DNA from: a virus
Taxonomy: Duplodnaviria; Caudoviricetes
Direction: 5' to 3' (one strand)
Virus record (IMG/VR): IMGVR_UViG_3300037313_002205
Span: 1 to 58,470 of that record
Length of the DNA stretch: 58,470 nucleotides
Positions 16,791 through 26,137 of this stretch are shown one piece after another. A model generated the notes under the pieces. The model was not told where the DNA came from. It did not search any database and saw only the letters and a program-made list of their open reading frames with translations. The stretch's first letter is position 1. The number at the start of each line of letters is the position of its first letter. The position numbers and the translations under genes were made by a program.

Positions 16791-18845
16791 ATGAGCGATA
16801 ATTATTTTCAAAAAGCCGTTGTCTTTACCGATGCCCATTTTGGCCGCTCCGGTGACTCGATAATCGCCAACCAAGACAATCTGGAGTTCATACGATGGAT
16901 GATTGACCGTGCCCGATCATGGGGTGCCGAGACCTGCCTATTTCTCGGCGATTTTTATCACAACAGATCGGCAATTGGCGTCAGTTCCTTGAACGCCGCC
17001 TTGACCGGGCTTGAAATGCTGTCTGCCGCTGGCTTCGACAGAGTCACCTTCCTGAAAGGCAATCACGACCTTGCCCGCCGCCAAACGCGCGAGATATCAT
17101 CCCTCAACTTCGCCAAGCATCTCGACAAAATCACTTTAATCAACGAGCCGATTGTCCTTGACGGCGTCGCCCTGCTGCCGTGGCTGGTCGAAGATGAACT
17201 GGCCCTCCTGCCCCATCTGAAGGCCCGCTACGCCTTCGGCCACTTCGAGACCATCGGGGCTATGATGAATGCCCGCGTGGCGTGTACGGGTGGTCACAAC
17301 GCCGTAGAAGCCGATGTTTTCACCAAGCAGGAACATACTTTTTGTTTCCCTGCCGACGTCACCGTAGTTTGTGCTGACGGTGTGAAGCCAATCGCCAAAG
17401 TGAGCGAAGGTGATTTTGTGCTTACACACAAAAATCGCTGGCGGAGAGTTATCAAAACGGCAAGCCGTACCAGTGAGACTATCGAATTACACGGAAACGG
17501 CCACCCGCGTCTAAGAGTGACCCGCGATCATCCATTTTTCGTTCTTGGACGCGGTCGCGCGAACTCGCGACCCCTGAGCCAAATAGTTTCAGAAGGTCAT
17601 GCTGAATGGGTTGCTGCGGGCGACATGAAGGACTGTTGGTGGTCATCACCGATAAGAGTAGATGAGCATCTTGCCTTGCCGGAGTTGCCGTCGGGTCTCG
17701 ATTGGAACGAAGATTTTGCTACATTCCTCGGGTGGTACCTCGCGGAGGGACATACGTGGAACTCTCGAACGGTTAGCCTGTCATGCCATTTGAATGAGTA
17801 CATACATGTTGCTGGAGTCCTTTCGAGGGTGAGTCGCTGTGGATACAAAATCGCGGAGGCTAGAACCGGAGAGAATGGACGCACCGCAAGCATCTACCAT
17901 CCCAACCTAGCAGTGTGGCTTGACTCACAAATCGGTAGATACGCGGAGAATATCACGGTCCCTGGCTGGGTGTTCTCCTTGCCGGTAAATCTACAAGAAA
18001 TTTTACTTCGCGCTTACGTTGACGGTGATGGGTGCGACATTACACCACAGAAGTGGGAGACAAAGTCGGTCAGCAAAGGGTTGTCGGTCGGAATAAAGCT
18101 GCTTGCCCAGATGTTGGGTTGGCGGACAACGCTGTTCCTCCGCCCGGCGCATCGTGCAACTTTCCCCGGGGACCGCACGTACGACTGCCGCGAACAGTGG
18201 AGAGTGAGGGCTTATAAGGAGACGGCACGATGGGGATCGGCGTTCCGCACGCCACACTTCCAGTGCGGAAGAGTGCGCAAGCTGAAGGAGACGGTCGGGG
18301 TCGAGACAGTGTATAATCTGTCTGTTGAGGAAGATGAAAGCTATGTCGCGGATGGGATAGTTGTTCATAATTGCGGTCATTTCCACCAGCGGCAAAGTCT
18401 GAAGAACATAACCTACCTTGGTAATATCATGCCCTTCGATTTCAGCGACGCCAATGATCCCAATCGCGGCGCGATGTTCCTTGAATGGGGCAAAGACCCG
18501 TTCTTCGAATCGTGGCCCGAACAGCCGCTGTATCAAACGGCACAACTGTCCTGGCTGCTCGATAATCTGAACATTTTGAAGCCGAAGATGACCGTCCGTG
18601 CCACCGTGGACATGCCGTTGCAATATGAGGAAGCCCAAGAGATTCGCGAGACCCTGGTAAAATCCTTCGACCTCCGCAAGGTCGAACTGGTCAATGTCGC
18701 GCCGCTCGCACCAGAAGCCCGCGCCGCCGATCAGACGCTGTATACGGTCGATGAGATCATCATCGACAGCTTGCAGCATCTGGAGAGTGGAGAGATGGAC
18801 AACGCCCGACTGGTCGAAATATTCAATTCCCTGCCCCGAGCGTAA
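16791..18845 (+). CDS. Recombination nuclease subunit (T4 gp47 / Mre11-SbcD), intein-containing
   Basis: FTDAHFG, LGDFYHNR, GNHD, GHFE and GHFH metallophosphoesterase motifs. Confidence 0.92.
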   Translation: MSDNYFQKAVVFTDAHFGRSGDSIIANQDNLEFIRWMIDRARSWGAETCLFLGDFYHNRSAIGVSSLNAALTGLEMLSAAGFDRVTFLKGNHDLARRQTREISSLNFAKHLDKITLINEPIVLDGVALLPWLVEDELALLPHLKARYAFGHFETIGAMMNARVACTGGHNAVEADVFTKQEHTFCFPADVTVVCADGVKPIAKVSEGDFVLTHKNRWRRVIKTASRTSETIELHGNGHPRLRVTRDHPFFVLGRGRANSRPLSQIVSEGHAEWVAAGDMKDCWWSSPIRVDEHLALPELPSGLDWNEDFATFLGWYLAEGHTWNSRTVSLSCHLNEYIHVAGVLSRVSRCGYKIAEARTGENGRTASIYHPNLAVWLDSQIGRYAENITVPGWVFSLPVNLQEILLRAYVDGDGCDITPQKWETKSVSKGLSVGIKLLAQMLGWRTTLFLRPAHRATFPGDRTYDCREQWRVRAYKETARWGSAFRTPHFQCGRVRKLKETVGVETVYNLSVEEDESYVADGIVVHNCGHFHQRQSLKNITYLGNIMPFDFSDANDPNRGAMFLEWGKDPFFESWPEQPLYQTAQLSWLLDNLNILKPKMTVRATVDMPLQYEEAQEIRETLVKSFDLRKVELVNVAPLAPEARAADQTLYTVDEIIIDSLQHLESGEMDNARLVEIFNSLPRA
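17343..18371 (+). mobile_element. Intein (343 aa) with LAGLIDADG endonuclease in gp47
   Basis: Starts CFPADV, TRDHPF, FLGWYLAEG, AYVDGDG, ends VVHN followed by Cys, just before the GHFH motif. Confidence 0.92.
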
Positions 18846-18891
18846 GAAACTTATTTCTATCTCGAATTATTAATTTTAGGAACGACTGAAC

Positions 18892-21063
18892 ATGTTGATC
18901 CTTGAGTCCATTACCATTCAAAACTTTCTCTCGATCGGTGCCGTTGCGCAGACTGTCTCGCTTGCCGATACTGGGCTCACGCTGGTGCTGGGGTTAAATT
19001 TAGATACCGGCGGCGAGGAAAGTCGCAATGGCGCGGGCAAAACCGCGCTGATGCAAGCCATCGCCTACGCCCTCTACGGCGAACCGCTGAGCAAAATCCG
19101 CGTCGATAATCTGATTAACGACATCAACGGCAAGAACATGCTGGTCAGCTTGCGCTTCCGGCGCGACGGCGTGCCGTACCGCATCGAACGTGGTCGTAAG
19201 CCCAACGTGCTACGGTTCTTCGTCGGCAGCGATGAGGTCGATATGGCGCAAGGTGAAAACCGCCATACCCAAACCGAGATCGAGCGCGTGGTCGGCATGT
19301 CGCGCACGATGTTTCATCATATCGTTGCGCTGAACACGACAACGACCCCGTTCTTGCGCATGCGCCCGGCGGAACAGCGCGAGGTGATCGAGGAACTGAT
19401 GGGCATCACCCAGATCAGCACCCTCGCGGATCAACTGAAACTGCAAATCGACACTCATAAAGACACGCTGCGTGGTGAGGAGGCCACGGTCAAGGCGATC
19501 AGCGAAGCCAACGCCCGCATTGAGGCGGCACTTGAACAGGCGCGGGCTGAGGCCGCCGCATGGGATCGCAAGCAAAACGTTGTGCTGATGGAGCTTGGTG
19601 AACGCGTCGAGCGTCTGACCGAGGTCGATATCACCGCCGAGTTGGCGATCTTCGATAAAATTGACGCGTGGGAACAAGCGCATCGCCTGTTGCGCGAACA
19701 GGAGCAGGCCATCGTCACTCGCATCGAAGCGACGAAACCCGCTGTAGGCCGCTTGCAGACCGATCTGACCCGCTATCGGCGAGAAGTCGAAACACAGTCC
19801 GGCGTCGAAGTGGACCGGCTCAAAACCCAAGCGGCGCGGCTGCGGAAGGAAGCTTGGGGGTCTTGCGCTGACGATATCGCCCGCCTTGAACGCGCGATCG
19901 AACGCCAGCAACGCGAAGCGCAAACGGCGACACAAGAAATCGCGGTGCTTCAGGTGCAACGTGATGAGCTTGCGCAACACCGGGCGGCACCGGATCAACA
20001 TCGTTGTCACACCTGTGGTCAGGGGCTCGCGGGAACCGACCACTTGCAACAGGTGATCGCTGCCCTTGAGTCTCAGATCGTCGGTTTGGACAGCAAGATC
20101 GACGCGAAAAACCGAGCGGTTCAGCAACTGCACGATGACGTTGCGGCGCTTCACGTCGAGATCGCGGACACCCGAGAACAGCAACGCGCCAAGCAAGCCG
20201 ATTTGCATGGGCAGGCAGACGCCATCCTCGACGAGGTGGCTCAGTGGCAGGGCCAGATGGACGAACGCCGCTCAGCGCTGCAAACCCGCATTGACGAGAC
20301 TGAGGCCGAATTAGCCAAACACAAACAATCATTGGAGGAATATTATAAAGAACTCGATCAACTGGATATCGAGCGGCTTAACTACGGGTCCAGCCCGGTG
20401 TCCAATTATGGCTCACGCGATGCCGTCTGGCGGGTGCATCAGGAGCGTGAGCGCATCACGGCGCAATTGGAGGCGGAACTGCAACGGGTTAATCCGGTCG
20501 CTAGCAAGATCGATGGGCTGCTGAGCACCATCAGTCCGATCGACTACACGACGCTCAACGTCGTGACGCTGGAACTCAAGCACGAGCAATTTCTGTATAA
20601 GCTTCTGACCTCGAAGGATTCGTTTATCCGCAAGCGGATTATCGATCAAAACCTGCACTACCTCAACCAACACCTCAACAGCTATCTTGAGAAGCTGCAA
20701 TTACCGCACGAGGTTCGTTTCCTGCCTGATCTAACGGTGGAGATCGCGCTATTCGGCCGTGAAAAGGATTTCGAATCGCTGTCGCGCGGCGAAATGAACC
20801 GGGTGATCCTGGCGAATAGTTGGGCGTTCCGTGACCTCTGGGAGAATTTGAACTTCAACTACAATATGCTGGCCGTAGATGAGCTACTCGATCAGGGCAT
20901 GGATCGGGCTGGGGTTGGTGCGGCGGCGGGCGTATTGCGGCAACTGGCTGATCGCCGGAAAAACATCTTTTTGATCTCGCACCGCGAGGAGCTTTGCGAT
21001 CAAACCGACGCGACGTTGACGATCACAAAGCAGGACGGTTTCAGCATCGTCAGTGTCGCCTGA
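18892..21063 (+). CDS. Recombination ATPase subunit (T4 gp46 / Rad50-SbcC)
   Basis: NGAGKT Walker A, coiled coil, CHTC zinc hook, LSRGE signature, AVDE Walker B, ISHR. Confidence 0.93.
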   Translation: MLILESITIQNFLSIGAVAQTVSLADTGLTLVLGLNLDTGGEESRNGAGKTALMQAIAYALYGEPLSKIRVDNLINDINGKNMLVSLRFRRDGVPYRIERGRKPNVLRFFVGSDEVDMAQGENRHTQTEIERVVGMSRTMFHHIVALNTTTTPFLRMRPAEQREVIEELMGITQISTLADQLKLQIDTHKDTLRGEEATVKAISEANARIEAALEQARAEAAAWDRKQNVVLMELGERVERLTEVDITAELAIFDKIDAWEQAHRLLREQEQAIVTRIEATKPAVGRLQTDLTRYRREVETQSGVEVDRLKTQAARLRKEAWGSCADDIARLERAIERQQREAQTATQEIAVLQVQRDELAQHRAAPDQHRCHTCGQGLAGTDHLQQVIAALESQIVGLDSKIDAKNRAVQQLHDDVAALHVEIADTREQQRAKQADLHGQADAILDEVAQWQGQMDERRSALQTRIDETEAELAKHKQSLEEYYKELDQLDIERLNYGSSPVSNYGSRDAVWRVHQERERITAQLEAELQRVNPVASKIDGLLSTISPIDYTTLNVVTLELKHEQFLYKLLTSKDSFIRKRIIDQNLHYLNQHLNSYLEKLQLPHEVRFLPDLTVEIALFGREKDFESLSRGEMNRVILANSWAFRDLWENLNFNYNMLAVDELLDQGMDRAGVGAAAGVLRQLADRRKNIFLISHREELCDQTDATLTITKQDGFSIVSVA

Positions 21064-21114
21064 GGCCGTTGACAACCCGCGCGGCGCGGCGTTAGCTACG
21101 CCTCGGAGGTGGCC

Positions 21115-21189
21115 ATGAACAATATTATCTATCTTGTCGGTCTGATCGTCGTGGTGGTGGCTGTGCTGGCATTTTTCGGTCTACGGTAA
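21115..21189 (+). CDS. 24-aa single-TM small protein (MNNIIYLVGLIVVVVAVLAFFGLR)
   Basis: GGAGG SD; TTGACA at 21069; below the ORF-track size cut-off. Confidence 0.75.
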   Translation: MNNIIYLVGLIVVVVAVLAFFGLR

Positions 21190-21192
21190 ATC

Positions 21193-21615
21193 ATGTTCGC
21201 GCTTGACGAGCGCTATCTGGCGCGGACGCTGATCAATCCGCGCTACGATCCAAGGATCAAGCGCGGGGTGCGCTCGTTCCCGCGTTTTGAACTTGGCCTG
21301 CCATTTGTCGTGCGCACCCGCAAGAACGGCGGCGGCGACAGTTTTCAAATGAGCCTCGTCAGTATTGACATTCCGGTGCTGCGCCTCGCCGATATCAATG
21401 ATCGGCCGACGCTCCAGTTGTTGATGAATAACTCCCATAGCGTGCTGCGGAATTTTAACAAGGACGAGGTGCTGTTGATGTGCGGCACCTGCCACGGCAC
21501 CCACTGGCTGACGCTGCTAGACCGGAAGACCAAGACCCCCAAGCGGTCGGTCTGCGCACGCTGTGGTGGGCGGGTGCCGGTCATCAGCATGATCCAAGAC
21601 GCCGGACACGCCTGA
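21193..21615 (+). CDS. Hypothetical protein with C-terminal zinc ribbon
   Basis: CGTC...CARC. Confidence 0.55.
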   Translation: MFALDERYLARTLINPRYDPRIKRGVRSFPRFELGLPFVVRTRKNGGGDSFQMSLVSIDIPVLRLADINDRPTLQLLMNNSHSVLRNFNKDEVLLMCGTCHGTHWLTLLDRKTKTPKRSVCARCGGRVPVISMIQDAGHA

Positions 21616-22056
21616 GCGGCGTTTGTGCGCCGCTTCTTCCAGCGTCTCTGGCGGCGGGATGAAGCGGACATTCCCGATCGCGCGATTATAAAACTTTCTC
21701 GACCCGTCGTCGAGCCGGGCGCGCAGCACATCTTCGATTACCTGCACTTCGATTTCGGCGTAATGCAGTGACGCCTTGGTCTTGTGCAGGGATTCGATAA
21801 CAAACGTAAAGTTATCTTTGCCGTTCAGCGCGATCGCTTCGTTCAGATGCTCACTTGAACCGGTGTAGCTGCGCCAGTCCGATTCGGCGCGAATGACTTT
21901 GCGACGCTTGCCCTTGGTTGGTTTGCGTCGCACCTTGGTCAGTTGTTTTTTGCCAATATATTGCATGCCGGTGCGGTGATCGATCACGCGATAGATAAAG
22001 CCGAACCATTCATCGGGTTCAAAGTCAAAATCACACTTCCAATGACCATAATCCAT
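21517..22056 (-). CDS. GIY-YIG endonuclease (T4-like conserved type)
   Basis: FGFIY..YIGKK..ESDWRSYTGSS..FYN; TAAATA 7 nt upstream. Confidence 0.85.
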   Translation of the reverse strand: MDYGHWKCDFDFEPDEWFGFIYRVIDHRTGMQYIGKKQLTKVRRKPTKGKRRKVIRAESDWRSYTGSSEHLNEAIALNGKDNFTFVIESLHKTKASLHYAEIEVQVIEDVLRARLDDGSRKFYNRAIGNVRFIPPPETLEEAAHKRRSGVSGVLDHADDRHPPTTACADRPLGGLGLPV

Positions 22057-22344
22057 AATACGATATTTACTAGTACGTCTAATGTCGCCTTTGCAATAGT
22101 TCATCTCGAACTACTGCGGTTTTGCTCTAGCGTCCCGGCGTGAATGCTGTAAGCTGCGGGGTGATGCTACAGAACCTTTCACCATTATATGCCCTCTTCG
22201 CCGCCGCCGCATTGCTGGCGTGGGCGATACTTAGCGTGGTATTCTTCACTGCTGGTCTAATCTTGTGGGTGTTGAATGCCAGCACTACTGGTCGCGGCCG
22301 AAATCGATTAGGTACGGCGCGGCCTATGAATGGAGGCGTTGTGC

Positions 22345-22641
22345 ATGACAGGCGGTGGTGATGACGACAGATTGGCAGCCCGTGTGTCGGCGACGACAAC
22401 CTTATTGGCCATTATGCGTGAGAACGTCGGGCGACGGATGACGTCGGGCGCGTTAACAAGAGAACTGGTAAAGCGTGAGAATATTTCGGCGCGAGACGCG
22501 CGCGCGGTGCTCAACAATGTCACTGATCTGATCCGCGCTGGCAAGTTGCCATTGGAAGAACCGCAGGGTCCGACCATTGATCAACAGGTTGCGCGTTGGA
22601 AGAGGGAGGTCGCGGGGATCGTCCGAAGCGGGAAGTCGTAA
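22345..22641 (+). CDS. Hypothetical protein
   Basis: GGAGG SD; hairpin at 22649-22680 follows. Confidence 0.55.
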   Translation: MTGGGDDDRLAARVSATTTLLAIMRENVGRRMTSGALTRELVKRENISARDARAVLNNVTDLIRAGKLPLEEPQGPTIDQQVARWKREVAGIVRSGKS

Positions 22642-22698
22642 CAAAAATACCGCCGCTATCTTCCGGTAGCGGCGGTTTTCTATCTCAGTTGTTGTTGC

Positions 22699-22932
22699 CT
22701 ATTCGCCTTTGATCAAGGCGCTGATCGCGCCTTCAGCCGTTGCAACGCGCCGCGCCCCCTCAAACAGGCGATCCAATGGGCGCTCGATTGACTTAATATG
22801 CAAGGCCCTGATGGTATCAAGGTTGCCATCGAGGATGGTCAAGGCGTTGCGCAAATCGTGGCTGATCTGACGCAGGCTGTCTCGCCGCGATGGCTGGTCA
22901 GCGTCGGCTTCGACGGAAGTTGCCAATGACAT
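22699..22932 (-). CDS. Stand-alone HisKA (DHp) phosphoacceptor-like protein
   Basis: RQISHDLRNALTILDGNLD H-box plus a second helix; no ATPase domain. Confidence 0.65.
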   Translation of the reverse strand: MSLATSVEADADQPSRRDSLRQISHDLRNALTILDGNLDTIRALHIKSIERPLDRLFEGARRVATAEGAISALIKGE

Positions 22933-22965
22933 GGTTACCCCTGGAAAAGTTCAGTGAGGAAACGA

Positions 22966-23325
22966 TCACGCGCGGCGAGCAGCAGATTGCAGAACCCGGT
23001 GACGTTCATAGCCCGCGCGTCGAGCAGTCCGCTCCAGTTGATTGACCCGATAGAGCGGATTGAACAGTGACATCACGAAAGGCTCTTGATCCCACGTGCT
23101 CGGATGGTCCCATGGCGAGGCGAAGAAGTTGTCGCGCGCCGCCAAAAGCACCTCACAAGCGCCGCGCAGTGCGGCGTTCTCAGACGTCGGTGGAGCGTCG
23201 GGTTGATCCCGCACCGCGTCCCACTGCACCGACCATGTACCATCGGCATTCAAGCGTGCAATATCGACTCCTTGTTGTGGGTGAATAACGATCGGATGAC
23301 TAGCAGAGGAAGTGTTGTTGAGCAT
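22966..23325 (-). CDS. Hypothetical protein
   Basis: GGGAG SD. Confidence 0.45.
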   Translation of the reverse strand: MLNNTSSASHPIVIHPQQGVDIARLNADGTWSVQWDAVRDQPDAPPTSENAALRGACEVLLAARDNFFASPWDHPSTWDQEPFVMSLFNPLYRVNQLERTARRAGYERHRVLQSAARRA

Positions 23326-23591
23326 GACCGCTCCCGGTTGCGCCATGTCACATGGCGTTGAGAACAAATAGCTTCATCTGATTGTAACGTCAAGCGGCGT
23401 TCAGGGCGATAATATCGTCTTCAGTAAACACTAATAGTTCGCTGGAGGCTGTAGTCTCGTCATTATTTTGATTTTCTTCAAGTTTTACGATCGCGGCAGC
23501 GATGGCCGCGTAGTCTTCAACGATCATGGGCATGGGCGAAGTTGTCCCTTCACGCGACGGGCGTCAAAATGTCACAGAGATTGTTGGAAGG

Positions 23592-23975
23592 TCAGGCCAG
23601 CAGCGTCTGCTGCGGCATGCGCCGGTGTCGCAGCTTGTGCTGGACGAGATGCCGGAACACCAGGATGATCCGGCTGTAGTTTGGGTCGTAGCGAAACAAA
23701 CCGAACTGATGCTCTAAGAACCGCTCGGCGTCGTGCTGCACAGAATCGGAGGTATCGTCATCGACGCTGTCGATTAATGTTTCAAGCGACACATTGTGCG
23801 GCTTCTTGGTGAGCAGATGCGCCGCCACCTCGCTCGACAGCCAGACGATAAACGAGGCGCGCGGCAGTGTCTGGGCAAATTCGGCCCACTGGTCGTGTTC
23901 CTGAAGGAGATTATGTGGGGTAACAAAAAGATGGGACAGATACCGAACTACACGAGATTCGTGAATCGCAAACAT
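23592..23975 (-). CDS. Hypothetical late protein
   Basis: TAAATA at 24000-24005 upstream. Confidence 0.5.
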   Translation of the reverse strand: MFAIHESRVVRYLSHLFVTPHNLLQEHDQWAEFAQTLPRASFIVWLSSEVAAHLLTKKPHNVSLETLIDSVDDDTSDSVQHDAERFLEHQFGLFRYDPNYSRIILVFRHLVQHKLRHRRMPQQTLLA

Positions 23976-24188
23976 CGAGGTCTCTGCTGAGGTTTATGAT
24001 ATTTAGCGGGGAGCGGGCGCACAATAGCGTGAGCAAGGACTGATGTCACGATTTTCTGAGTTTAGGTTTTGCGACTTCTCACAGCGTCGGTCACCGGCGT
24101 TCGTCCATGCCACGGATCGGCCAAAACCGTTTTCGGTTGACAAATTGTGCAGACCTGATATTATGGCGCACGTTGAGGAGTGCCGTCA

Positions 24189-24923
24189 ATGCCGTTTACG
24201 TTTATGTTCTTGATTTATCTAGCGGTGCGCTACTGGTATGTTCTGCTGTTGGTGTTGGTCGTCGGCACCATTTGGGATGGCGCGAAAAATTTGGCGTACT
24301 ATGACCGGCCAGAAGGTGTGAGCTTGGACACGCTGATCTATCGCTCAAACGGCGAGACGAAATTTCAGGTCAACCACACCTATCTGCGGCCGACCGTCGT
24401 CACTGCCGCCTTGTGCGTTATGCGGACGTCAATCTATGCCCATGACTACAGCGGCGAGCTTCGCTTTGTCCCGCAAGCCGATGAGCATGATGTGTTCGTC
24501 GGCGACCGCTTGCTGTTGGAAATCAGCACCGGGACCAACGTGCTCACGCCGCGCACCCATGGCGACGAAGGGCCGCAGAATGACGTGCCGAAAATGGAAC
24601 GGCTGGTCATGCAAGCTACCAACGGCGACGATCACTTCATAAGAAGCGCTTTCGACTGCACGTTCTTTCCCGACATGAACCATCTGGTAACCTTCCTCCA
24701 CACCATCTATCCGGACGCAATTGTCAGTCCCGATGGAGTGATCGACGACGCGCATCGCGTGCAGTGGTCGAATGTTTCAAACAAGTACGACATCGATCGC
24801 GTCAACGCCGAGATGACCGACCGGAACTTCTGGCAGTACCCAGAGGAGAAGCCGGTCTGGGACGCGAGCACGCTGGGCGCGGCCAAGATCGCACAGACGA
24901 TAAAGGAACAACGCTACCGCTGA
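24189..24923 (+). CDS. Membrane-anchored hypothetical protein
   Basis: N-terminal TM segment; TTGACA-N16-TATTAT at 24137; GAGGAG SD. Confidence 0.65.
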   Translation: MPFTFMFLIYLAVRYWYVLLLVLVVGTIWDGAKNLAYYDRPEGVSLDTLIYRSNGETKFQVNHTYLRPTVVTAALCVMRTSIYAHDYSGELRFVPQADEHDVFVGDRLLLEISTGTNVLTPRTHGDEGPQNDVPKMERLVMQATNGDDHFIRSAFDCTFFPDMNHLVTFLHTIYPDAIVSPDGVIDDAHRVQWSNVSNKYDIDRVNAEMTDRNFWQYPEEKPVWDASTLGAAKIAQTIKEQRYR

Positions 24924-24932
24924 TCGACGTCA

Positions 24933-25175
24933 TCACATGAGCGCAAGTCCCGATTTTTCGGTAATTTCCCGGCGGTCCTCGATAGACTTGATCACGTCTT
25001 GGCGCTCCTCGGGGCTGAGGGTCCAGGCTTCATCGCGCGAGAGCGACCCGCGCATGTGCCACATGAGCGTGGTGATCAGTTGGCGTAGCTGAGCCTGATC
25101 TTCGGCCAATTCGTTGAGATAGGCGCTGAGCGACTCCTCGTCCGCTACGAAACTGAGGAGTCGGGATCGAAAAAA
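24933..25175 (-). CDS. gp51-like/GT-type C-terminal extension reached by -1 frameshift from the gp26-like gene
   Basis: Start-less ORF ..LMWHMRGSLSRDEAWTLSPEERQDVIKSIE..; slippery T_TTT_TTC plus hairpin. Confidence 0.75.
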   Translation of the reverse strand, partial: FFRSRLLSFVADEESLSAYLNELAEDQAQLRQLITTLMWHMRGSLSRDEAWTLSPEERQDVIKSIEDRREITEKSGLALM

Positions 25176-26041
25176 GTTGTGGGGTTGAACTCGATTTCAG
25201 TTTTGAATTCGTGTCCGCAGGCGGCACACGTGATGTCGAAATGCCGGTCGATGCCCTTGTTGTTGATGGCCTCCAGCGCGCCGCTGATCTTGTCACTCCA
25301 CGGCTTGGAGATGTTGGCCATGAACTCGCGGATCGCCACCGGGTCGCTGACCGCTGCCTCAGGCACCACCACTTTGAGAATGCAGTCGGCCATGACCTCG
25401 TTGTTGAGAATGGACAGCCGGGCGATACTGCTCGACATTTGCTGGGAGCGCTTCTCCTGATCGGCCTCAGCGGCTTCCAGTGCCTGAATTTTCCGCGTCT
25501 CCTCGAATGAGGCGATACCCAACGTCGTGGCATTCTGAAGATTGTGTGGGCGCAGATAGACGACAACCTCGTCTGAGAGACGGACCGTATTTTCGGCATC
25601 TACCGTTTGCATCGTCGCCATCAGTGCGCCGAGATTGCGATGAACTTCGTTCTCGACGCCGCACTTCGGACATTTTGGCGATAACGTCACCATCTCGCCG
25701 TTGGTCGCCGCTTTGATGGCCATGAGCAGGACGTCGAGGTCGGGACTGCTGATCAGCCTTGGCGCCTTGATCGCTGGTACACAGCTTCGCAGCAGGCTCT
25801 CAATGGCAAAGCCGTTCATCAGTGCGTCGGGTGACTTCAGCAGCATCTCGTCGGCACCGCGCATCGGATAGACCGGCACCTCGCGGTTCATGGTGAACTC
25901 GATCGAACCGGCTGGCATGAAGGCGCCATCGGTCGGCAGCTTCACGTGCACACCTGGAACGCGATAGTATTTTGCCAGTGGATTGATGCTCGGCTCGTGT
26001 TCATCGAAGTGCTGATCGTCGAGAAACTTTTTCCTCGTCAT
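25145..26041 (-). CDS. Baseplate hub/tail assembly chaperone (gp26-like)
   Basis: NPLAKYYR.P...LP, DEMLLKSPDALMNG, DLDVLLMAIK, CPKC/CAAC, FNPTTFF; exact TATAAATA upstream. Confidence 0.85.
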   Translation of the reverse strand: MTRKKFLDDQHFDEHEPSINPLAKYYRVPGVHVKLPTDGAFMPAGSIEFTMNREVPVYPMRGADEMLLKSPDALMNGFAIESLLRSCVPAIKAPRLISSPDLDVLLMAIKAATNGEMVTLSPKCPKCGVENEVHRNLGALMATMQTVDAENTVRLSDEVVVYLRPHNLQNATTLGIASFEETRKIQALEAAEADQEKRSQQMSSSIARLSILNNEVMADCILKVVVPEAAVSDPVAIREFMANISKPWSDKISGALEAINNKGIDRHFDITCAACGHEFKTEIEFNPTTFFDPDSSVS

Positions 26042-26067
26042 AGTAATCGCCCGTTATGTGTGGAGTT

Positions 26068-26114
26068 TATTTATATACAGTTCATTAACTCTAGCGAGAA
26101 TTCTCCCATAAATA
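26068..26114. promoter_or_regulatory. Divergent pair of late promoters (TATAAATA on minus, TAAATA on plus)
   Basis: Between the gp26-like chaperone and tape measure genes. Confidence 0.7.
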
Positions 26115-26137
26115 CCTGAAAAACGGGCGTTGTGTAG

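Noticed and set aside
25030-25599. 189-aa minus-strand ORF overlapping the gp26-like gene
   Set aside because: Third frame with no recognisable features; not the frame reached by the -1 slip
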